From the IMG/VR virus record IMGVR_UViG_3300025389_001023, positions 1 through 64,000 of that record: a stretch of DNA of 64,000 nucleotides, one strand, 5' to 3'. The DNA is from a virus (Duplodnaviria; Caudoviricetes). The notes under the pieces are model-generated. The model was not told the origin of the DNA. It searched no databases and was given only the letters and a program-made list of their open reading frames with translations. A program made the translations under genes and the position numbers. Below, in pieces: positions 57,832 through 64,000 of this stretch. Position 1 is the stretch's first letter. Every line of letters begins with the position of its first letter.

Positions 57832-58073
57832 TTTTTTAATTTCCATATAATATGTTCAAGTTTATCATGCCATCTATGCTCAAACAAAGGTTCAGTAAGA
57901 CCTGTATACAATGCAGTAACTTGGTAACCATACTTTAACCAAATGCGCTTACCAGATATGTCACATGTTTTTGGTAACCACGCAAATTTTAATTGAGCAC
58001 CTATATACTTATTATAAAATAAATCATCAAATGAAGCCGTTTGGTAATTAGCACCCATCATTATGTTCCCCAC
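57828..58073 (-). CDS. Hypothetical protein
   Basis: FAWLP..C..SGKRIWLK. Confidence 0.6.
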   Translation of the reverse strand: MGNIMMGANYQTASFDDLFYNKYIGAQLKFAWLPKTCDISGKRIWLKYGYQVTALYTGLTEPLFEHRWHDKLEHIIWKLKK

Positions 58074-58939
58074 TCATTCTTAAAGAGTGGTACTTGTAAT
58101 CTGTCACTATAACGCCAGCCTCGCTTCATTGCGGCAAGGGCAACAGACTTAGCATTGAGATTATAAACAGACTCAACACCACCAACAGGCATAAGGTATA
58201 CGTGACCCCTAAAACCCGACGCTCTAAATTGTTCAACTGCTTGTTCTGCATCTTTAACATCCTCTTCTGTCGCTACTACAAATTTCAAATATACGGTTCC
58301 AACTGTTTGATAATCACAAACAACTTTAGGCTTGATAGCATCTTCCCAACTTTCACCACTACCTGGTAATTTAGCACTAACACTAAATGTAATTTCTTTG
58401 TTATGTAATCTATTCAATGCAGGCTGATGCATTTCTAACCATTTAGTCTGTAAGTAGTGTTTGAATTCTGCTGTAAGTTCCTGTGTACCATTTGTCTCAA
58501 AAGTAATTTCTTTTAACTTTTGCATTTTAGGATGATTCAACAAGTCAGGATACGCACGTTGCCAGCCCAACAATGGCTCACCACCTGTGATAACTAAATG
58601 TTCTTCTTTCCACTTATTGTGTGGAAGTATCTCCATAATACGTGACACAATAGCATCACTTTCTAATACAGGACTTAAATCCTTAAAGTCAGGATGCCAA
58701 CTTGCATAACTATCACACCCTGTACTAACTAGTGGCAGTTCTTCATACTTGTTATATAAATGTGCAACTGTTGCAATATCGTTAGCCTCTGCGCTTAGTT
58801 GTCCCCTAGGCATACCGAATCCGGCACACTTAAAGTTACAACCAAACGTGCGTAAAAAGACTGAAGGTACTCCCATGTACCTTCCTTCACCTTGAATACT
58901 ATAAAATAGTTCGGCTACTTTAATTTTACTCATCTTCAT
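58061..58939 (-). CDS. queE: 7-carboxy-7-deazaguanine synthase (radical SAM)
   Basis: ELFYSIQGEG, FLRTFGCNFKC...GCDS, ITGGEP, ETNGT and RLQV. Confidence 0.92.
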   Translation of the reverse strand: MKMSKIKVAELFYSIQGEGRYMGVPSVFLRTFGCNFKCAGFGMPRGQLSAEANDIATVAHLYNKYEELPLVSTGCDSYASWHPDFKDLSPVLESDAIVSRIMEILPHNKWKEEHLVITGGEPLLGWQRAYPDLLNHPKMQKLKEITFETNGTQELTAEFKHYLQTKWLEMHQPALNRLHNKEITFSVSAKLPGSGESWEDAIKPKVVCDYQTVGTVYLKFVVATEEDVKDAEQAVEQFRASGFRGHVYLMPVGGVESVYNLNAKSVALAAMKRGWRYSDRLQVPLFKNEWGT

Positions 58940-59162
58940 CTTTCTCTAAAAATTGAGTTACCTGATCTTCTGCATCTTGTAAAAATTCTGCGTATACTTC
59001 AAAAGTAGCAATGCCATTTTTACATTTGATGTTAAATGGTATAGTACCGTTTGGTAACCAACCGGGACCTACCTCACGTTTAATTTCAAAACGTTGTAGG
59101 CTTTTTACCTTAACCATTGTTTCGTTAAATATTTGTTCTGCTGTTTTCATCATTGATTCCAA
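58926..59162 (-). CDS. Hypothetical protein
   Basis: ORF track. Confidence 0.55.
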   Translation of the reverse strand: MESMMKTAEQIFNETMVKVKSLQRFEIKREVGPGWLPNGTIPFNIKCKNGIATFEVYAEFLQDAEDQVTQFLEKDEDE

Positions 59163-59356
59163 TGTCTAATAACACCTGCTATAATAAAGCAATTTGTTGT
59201 GATATATGATAACACAATAATGGTACGAATACAAGCAATACGGTCTGATTCTTTATCCGTACTGCCTGCTTTTTCGCCCAGTGCTTTGGCCCAAATTCGC
59301 CAAATATATTTAGCCTTCGTAAGTAGCAGAATTAGCCCCGTGTTCAAATACTTCAA
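59150..59356 (-). CDS. Small membrane protein (start uncertain)
   Basis: WRIWAKALGEKA...D.IA.IRT...NCFIIAGVIRHW. Confidence 0.6.
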   Translation of the reverse strand: MKYLNTGLILLLTKAKYIWRIWAKALGEKAGSTDKESDRIACIRTIIVLSYITTNCFIIAGVIRHWNQ

Positions 59357-59837
59357 CTGATTTTATCCTTACTGTTGGATTAATTGGATAACGCATATTG
59401 CCATTTACTAGTAAGTCTGCCATTTTATCGTATGCCATTTTAGCAAACATTTCACATCCTACAGCAGGAACAATACGTAAATCACACAACGCACCGCGCT
59501 CATGTGGTTTTAATTTATCCCACTCAGGAAGTGTGCCACTACCCGGGATATTACCTTTGTTGTTCATGATTTTGAAAAAGTCTAGATGAGGATCATCTTC
59601 TGCAACAATCAATGTATGGTCAAACATATAATCTGCCCATGCTTTGAATTCTTTAAGTCCTCCAAAGTCCATACACCAGTTTTTGTCATCTAGTGTGTCG
59701 CACTCAAAAATTAATTTGATGCCTATCGAGTAACCATGCAATGTTGAGCAATGGCTATGTGTAGCACGCCATTGTCTAAAACAGCAAGATAACCCTCTAT
59801 CATTACCGTAAGTTTTTGTTGAATAAAATTTTGCCAT
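59310..59837 (-). CDS. queD: 6-carboxy-5,6,7,8-tetrahydropterin synthase
   Basis: CSTLHGY, MDFGGLK, FDH, GCEMFA and VFE.GANSA. Confidence 0.9.
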   Translation of the reverse strand: MAKFYSTKTYGNDRGLSCCFRQWRATHSHCSTLHGYSIGIKLIFECDTLDDKNWCMDFGGLKEFKAWADYMFDHTLIVAEDDPHLDFFKIMNNKGNIPGSGTLPEWDKLKPHERGALCDLRIVPAVGCEMFAKMAYDKMADLLVNGNMRYPINPTVRIKSVEVFEHGANSATYEG

Positions 59838-59840
59838 ACA

Positions 59841-59912
59841 TTTCTCCTATGTTAATTGTAGCATAGGCAGCAGAATTTGTAAAGCGGGAATGATGCCAAA
59901 AGACCGCTATAG
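59841..59912 (-). promoter_or_regulatory. Structured queD leader (candidate riboswitch / SD-sequestering hairpin) with embedded sigma70 promoter
   Basis: AGCGG/CCGCU stem, GGCAUCA:UGCUGCC pseudoknot, CCUAUG/CAUAGG hairpin over the SD; TTTACA-N17-TACAAT. Confidence 0.6.
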
Positions 59913-60341
59913 TTATTTACCTTTTTTTAAAAGTTCTTGTGCAATAACTTTTGCCCATTTTTCACAATCTTGTTCGGTAACATGAAAATCGTATTTATAT
60001 GGTGGTACAAACATTTTATTGGTATCTTCAAATCTACCTTTATTAATTGTATCTACCCAAATAGTAATATCGGCATTAAAAATTTCACGCATTTCAGGTA
60101 ATGGGCAAACAAAATCAACAATAGCAAAGTCTGATTCTAATATATCTGCCTCATTGCGTAGGCGGTTGGCTTGTCTAATACGACCTTCAATACTAAAATC
60201 CCAATCATTATATTTTTCTCTAATACGGTCTGCATTGATCCAAACACATTTAGATTGTGGATATAATTGATTGTATAATGAGTCTGCTAGTTTTGTTTTA
60301 CCGGCACCAGGTAAACCCATAATTAATATTCGTTGTGTCAT
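59913..60341 (-). CDS. cysC: Adenylylsulfate kinase-like protein
   Basis: GLPGAGKT, NADRIR, DFSIEGRIRQA, FVCP and FVPP. Confidence 0.8.
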   Translation of the reverse strand: MTQRILIMGLPGAGKTKLADSLYNQLYPQSKCVWINADRIREKYNDWDFSIEGRIRQANRLRNEADILESDFAIVDFVCPLPEMREIFNADITIWVDTINKGRFEDTNKMFVPPYKYDFHVTEQDCEKWAKVIAQELLKKGK

Positions 60342-60808
60342 TTTGGTTTTTTACTGTGTTCTGCATCATAAACACGTTTACGCAAATTAGTGCTACTAAA
60401 ACTATGGTCACGACCGTTAAACACAATCTCAATACCACGTTTCCAACATGCCTCATCACCTGTAAATTGTTTACCTTCATACTCTACACCTAAAACACGA
60501 ACATCAATTGGTAAGGTTAATAGAATGTCAATTAGGTCTTGCTCAGTTGAATACACAACAACTTCATCAACATAACGGCATGCTGCCAATTGAATTTGTC
60601 GTTCAACAATACTTTGAATAGGTTTGTTCTTAGTATCTGGTCTGTCAATAGTAGGGTCAGTTTGTAATCCTGCAATTAAATAATCACAATGATTCTTAGC
60701 GTCACTAAGCATTGCAACATGTCCTGCATGTAACATATCAAAGGTACTAAATGTAATACCTATTTTTTTACCATCTTGTTTAAGTTTACGAATGTGATTG
60801 AAAATCAT
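60338..60808 (-). CDS. tagD: Cytidylyltransferase (TagD-like)
   Basis: STFDMLHAGH, KP, YVDEV and HSFSST. Confidence 0.85.
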   Translation of the reverse strand: MIFNHIRKLKQDGKKIGITFSTFDMLHAGHVAMLSDAKNHCDYLIAGLQTDPTIDRPDTKNKPIQSIVERQIQLAACRYVDEVVVYSTEQDLIDILLTLPIDVRVLGVEYEGKQFTGDEACWKRGIEIVFNGRDHSFSSTNLRKRVYDAEHSKKPK

Positions 60809-61038
60809 TTTTTTAATATCCTTATAATTTTTTCTTGTTCCTGCTCTTTAAGCCACTGTTCTTCACCACTGTATGTAGATGACTTATTTAAGGCTTCATC
60901 AACCATCCATTTTATTTTATACAGTTCTTGTTTGCAGTCCCATGCAATATAACTATCAGTATATATATCAAGTAATTCCCCGCACATGGCTTGTACTTGA
61001 TTTGATACCTGTGGTCCCCAACGCCTCATATAACCCAT
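60805..61038 (-). CDS. Hypothetical protein
   Basis: Likely start MGYMRRW. Confidence 0.55.
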   Translation of the reverse strand: MGYMRRWGPQVSNQVQAMCGELLDIYTDSYIAWDCKQELYKIKWMVDEALNKSSTYSGEEQWLKEQEQEKIIRILKK

Positions 61039-61039
61039 A

Positions 61040-61207
61040 TTAGCCTTGCAATCTATTTTTACAATCGCAATTGCGACCTTGGTTGCAGTCTCCTGTACAA
61101 GCTGAAGTATATGTTGCGTTATACGCATTAATGAATACTGCTTTTAGTACATTAATAAAAGGATAGCTAAAATAACCTAGTGCAAAACTACAAATAAGCC
61201 ATTCCAT
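61040..61207 (-). CDS. Small membrane protein with CTGDCNQGRNCDC motif
   Basis: 55-aa ORF read manually. Confidence 0.5.
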   Translation of the reverse strand: MEWLICSFALGYFSYPFINVLKAVFINAYNATYTSACTGDCNQGRNCDCKNRLQG

Positions 61208-61209
61208 AA

Positions 61210-61887
61210 TTATTTACCCATTCGTGCAATACTTAAGAATTCACTACGTGCCGCGGCATCTGTTTTGAATCCACCACCTAAACGAACAGTAACTGTACTA
61301 CTACCTGTATCCTCAACACCACGTGACTTTACGCAATAATGTTGTGCATCAATCATTACTGCAACATCTTCAGTCTCCAGTATAAATTGGAGAGTGTGGA
61401 AGATTTGTTCGGTGAGTCGCTCTTGGATTTGAGGGCGCTTACTGAAATACTCAACAATACGGTTAATTTTTGATAATCCGAGGACTTTCTGTTTAGGCAC
61501 ATATGCCACAGTAGCGAGACCATCAATGACAACAAAGTGATGTTCGCAATTGCTTTGGACATTAACGTTGCGTTCAACGACCATTTCATTGTAACGCATC
61601 TTGTTATCGACAGTCGTACACTTTGGAAATGCATCATAATCTAATCCCCAGAAAATTTCGTTAACGTACATTTTAGCAACACGCTTGGGTGTTTCCATCA
61701 AGCTATCATCACTTAGGTCTAGACCTAATACTTGCATGATATGGCTAAAACTTTTTTCGATTTCTGCAATTTTGTCTTTACGATCCAATGCAGTTTGAAA
61801 TGTAGGAGTTTCTACTCCCATAGCTACCAAGTGCTGATGTACTTTTTGACCTAACTCAGGGTCGGTTTTCGTTTTGTTATATGACAT
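61210..61887 (-). CDS. folE: GTP cyclohydrolase I
   Basis: ETPKRVAKMY, SNCEHH, GLSKINR, RPQIQERLT and HYCVKSRG. Confidence 0.96.
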   Translation of the reverse strand: MSYNKTKTDPELGQKVHQHLVAMGVETPTFQTALDRKDKIAEIEKSFSHIMQVLGLDLSDDSLMETPKRVAKMYVNEIFWGLDYDAFPKCTTVDNKMRYNEMVVERNVNVQSNCEHHFVVIDGLATVAYVPKQKVLGLSKINRIVEYFSKRPQIQERLTEQIFHTLQFILETEDVAVMIDAQHYCVKSRGVEDTGSSTVTVRLGGGFKTDAAARSEFLSIARMGK

Positions 61888-61958
61888 ATGTATCCTTCCT
61901 TACACGGATGTTATTTTTGAAAAGTATGCAACCTTTGTGTCGCATACTTTTATTTATC
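61888..61958 (-). promoter_or_regulatory. folE leader: late promoter plus two hairpins
   Basis: GATAAATA, then AAAAGTATGCGAC-ACAAAG-GTTGCATACTTTT, then ATCC-GTGTAAGGAA-GGAT over the SD. Confidence 0.55.
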
Positions 61959-61959
61959 A

Positions 61960-62499
61960 TTATGGCTTTGTACCACTAGGAAAAGGCCAATTACTATCTA
62001 CTTCTGTTTTATCTGTTTCTTCATCAAGAAAAGGCCAGGCTGCAGGTTCATTTACTTTATCGTTAACGGTAAAAGTTGTTTCTATTGTTACTGAATCTTC
62101 TTCACCTTCAAACTCTTCACCAGTGTCTAGATTTACTAACTTAAGTGGACCTTGAAAAAAGTATTCTGTGTCATCTTGTGACCAGCCTTCTTCTTCAAGA
62201 CCTTCGTAATAGTTTTCGTCCCAAATTTCTTCAAGACGTTCTTGTTCTTCTTCGTCCATGTCATCAGGCCATTCCCACTCAGCCCAACACCCATCATCTA
62301 ATGATACCAACTCCCAATCACTATCTAACTCAAACTCATCAGGATTGTTTAAGTCAACATCAGGCATAGTGTCTGATTCTATAGTAAATGTGCCCCAGCG
62401 ATAACCTTCAGTACGAATGGCAACTTGACCATCCTTATACCAAAATGATTTCTCAATCGCAGATTTTTTATATAAAGTGGATAGTTCCCAAGTTGCCAT
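61960..62499 (-). CDS. Acidic hypothetical protein
   Basis: D/E/W-rich; two C-terminal WPF motifs. Confidence 0.7.
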   Translation of the reverse strand: MATWELSTLYKKSAIEKSFWYKDGQVAIRTEGYRWGTFTIESDTMPDVDLNNPDEFELDSDWELVSLDDGCWAEWEWPDDMDEEEQERLEEIWDENYYEGLEEEGWSQDDTEYFFQGPLKLVNLDTGEEFEGEEDSVTIETTFTVNDKVNEPAAWPFLDEETDKTEVDSNWPFPSGTKP

Positions 62500-62501
62500 G
62501 A

Positions 62502-62696
62502 TTAATTGTCCAATTCTTTACTTAGATATTCATTGATAACATCAAACAATTGTTCTTGTGAAGTACAAAGAATTTTACAATTCTTCCAATCGTTGTCATC
62601 ATCACGACCACTAAACTCAACCATAAATCCGTTATCGTAACGATTAACGGTGAATGATTCATTTACTTTTTCTAACTTGTCTAATTGATTTGCCAT
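62502..62696 (-). CDS. Hypothetical protein
   Basis: VNESFTVNRYDNGFMVE; SD AGGAG. Confidence 0.65.
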   Translation of the reverse strand: MANQLDKLEKVNESFTVNRYDNGFMVEFSGRDDDNDWKNCKILCTSQEQLFDVINEYLSKELDN

Positions 62697-62708
62697 TTCT
62701 ATCTCCTA

Positions 62709-63887
62709 TTAAAATTTGGCTTCACGTGTATACTTCCTATAATCGGTAGTCATGCGTAACATGTCTTCACCTTTCCCTTCAAGTATATCACAGATTCTAT
62801 CGATAGTGCTATCATTACGGGCACTAATCTTACCCATGTTAGGGTGTGGTTTACGAATAAGTTTTTCTAACTTACTTAATGCATCTTCTAAAGACCAGGG
62901 TACATAAAGACGCTCATTGTCATTAGCAAAAGTTTCGGGAAAACTTCTATAAGCAGGATAAAGAACATTACACCCAAGAGTATCTGCCTCCGATGCTGTG
63001 TTACTGACCCAGTCCTGTAAAGCGCAATTAAACAGCAGGCGAGTGTTGTTAAGAAGATTGTAATAATCATTTTTTTCTAGGTCCTCATAGATAGTTAATA
63101 GTCCACGTTCTTGCAAACTTCTGGTACGTGCCATATAACTATCATTGTTAGATTTTAGTTTACTACCACTAAAAATTGCAAACTCAAGTTTTTGTCCAGG
63201 ATGACGTTCGTGCCATAATTCAATCAAGTCCATATAGAAGTCAGGTTGTTTTTCCTGATCCCAACGTGCGGCAAAACCCACACGAAATGTGCGCTCATTA
63301 AATGGTCTTAATGGACCTTCTACACGACTGCGAACTTCATCTTTACCAAATGCCAATCCGCTGATATTGTAAATTGGAGACCTCCAACCTGCAATTTTCA
63401 TGTGCATTACCATTTCTTCGTTAGTAGCAAGTACACCGTCAACAAATGAATCAACCATTTTTTCATAGTGACCCATGAATTCACTCATACCCCATACATG
63501 TACAAAATCATCCGGATCGATTGATTGAGCAAGACAGCGGACATATATCCTAGGGCGCATATTAGCATCAATCTGATTAAGTATGTAAGGAAGACTTTCG
63601 ATTCCTGGCTGAAACATGTCTTCAAAATATATAACATCATCACTTGATAGTTCCCCTGCTTTCATCATTTTGATTAGATTCATTAGTTGCGACATACCGT
63701 AGTATGTACGACCATGTGCATCTAATACTTGCCCAGTAACGATTGCTTGGTCATTACTTAGTGTTTCGCCAGGGACAATAACATAGTCAATATCCCTACG
63801 TTCAAATACAGTACGATTCCACTCTTGTAATTGTAGAGTGTATCGTGCTTTATAAGGCTCAAGGCCCATGTAATATAATTTACGCAT
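62709..63887 (-). CDS. GT-B glycosyltransferase
   Basis: FAARWDQEKQP, KNDYY..L, NCALQDWVSNTASEA and YPAYRSFPE. Confidence 0.82.
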   Translation of the reverse strand: MRKLYYMGLEPYKARYTLQLQEWNRTVFERRDIDYVIVPGETLSNDQAIVTGQVLDAHGRTYYGMSQLMNLIKMMKAGELSSDDVIYFEDMFQPGIESLPYILNQIDANMRPRIYVRCLAQSIDPDDFVHVWGMSEFMGHYEKMVDSFVDGVLATNEEMVMHMKIAGWRSPIYNISGLAFGKDEVRSRVEGPLRPFNERTFRVGFAARWDQEKQPDFYMDLIELWHERHPGQKLEFAIFSGSKLKSNNDSYMARTRSLQERGLLTIYEDLEKNDYYNLLNNTRLLFNCALQDWVSNTASEADTLGCNVLYPAYRSFPETFANDNERLYVPWSLEDALSKLEKLIRKPHPNMGKISARNDSTIDRICDILEGKGEDMLRMTTDYRKYTREAKF

Positions 63888-64000
63888 TATGGTCTACGAT
63901 TCTCTTCCCACTGATTTTTTACAGGCTTGTCATTCATCAATTTAGTATATTGACGATAGACATAGCTACGTGGGCTATACAATTCAGCCTCGTTATAACG
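63887..64000 (-). CDS. Hypothetical protein (3' end only)
   Basis: Open frame ...YNEAELY...KNQWEENRRP ending at a TAATG overlap. Confidence 0.5.
   Translation of the reverse strand, partial: RYNEAELYSPRSYVYRQYTKLMNDKPVKNQWEENRRP

Noticed and set aside
3064-63070. Most short + strand ORFs and nested alternate-frame ORFs in the track (e.g. 3064-3249, 31244-31729, 41721-42230, 61356-61637)
   Set aside because: They are antisense or overlapping shadows of well-supported genes, with no RBS or motifs.
1-64000. Bacterial chromosome (because of clpPX, rpsU, infA, folE, galE)
   Set aside because: These genes lack their cellular operon context and sit among tail fibres, T4-like rnh, an ATP-dependent ligase, T4-late boxes and dense small hypothetical genes.
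1-64000. tRNA/rRNA genes, introns, inteins and stop-codon recoding
   Set aside because: I noticed no T-loop/cloverleaf signatures by eye; conserved genes are full length and uninterrupted in code 11. A tRNAscan/Infernal run would be needed to exclude small RNAs fully.

Overview
This AT-rich, gene-dense 64-kb window is almost entirely minus-strand coded and looks like part of a large (jumbo-type) T4-like tailed phage genome in the standard genetic code. The host is probably a freshwater proteobacterium (inference from ErpA-, IbpA-, entericidin- and DUF3563-like genes). Left to right it carries: (1) tail/receptor proteins with LamG, SPRY and C1q-like domains; (2) a late operon of enzymes with T4 capsid-targeting-like N-termini (SOD, GNAT, HAD) plus ErpA; (3) IF-1, sulfotransferase-like genes and a DUF1415-ATE-DUF6614-amidinotransferase operon; (4) nucleotide enzymes and early genes behind repeated sigma70 promoter cassettes; (5) a proteostasis/translation block (two ClpP, ClpS, IbpA with a ROSE-like thermometer, bS21, ClpX); (6) a tandem array of small genes joined by identical 30-bp stop/RBS/start repeats downstream of DNA ligase; (7) RNase H and UvsE; (8) a folE/queD/queE 7-deazaguanine cluster interleaved with two glycosyltransferases, GalE, CysC and TagD. 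The most notable signals are the repeat-delimited mini-gene cassette array, apparently leaderless late genes alongside phage bS21 and IF-1, candidate structured RNA leaders on queD and folE, and a possible sugar-modified deazaguanine pathway. All family assignments come from motif recognition by eye; no database searches were run.
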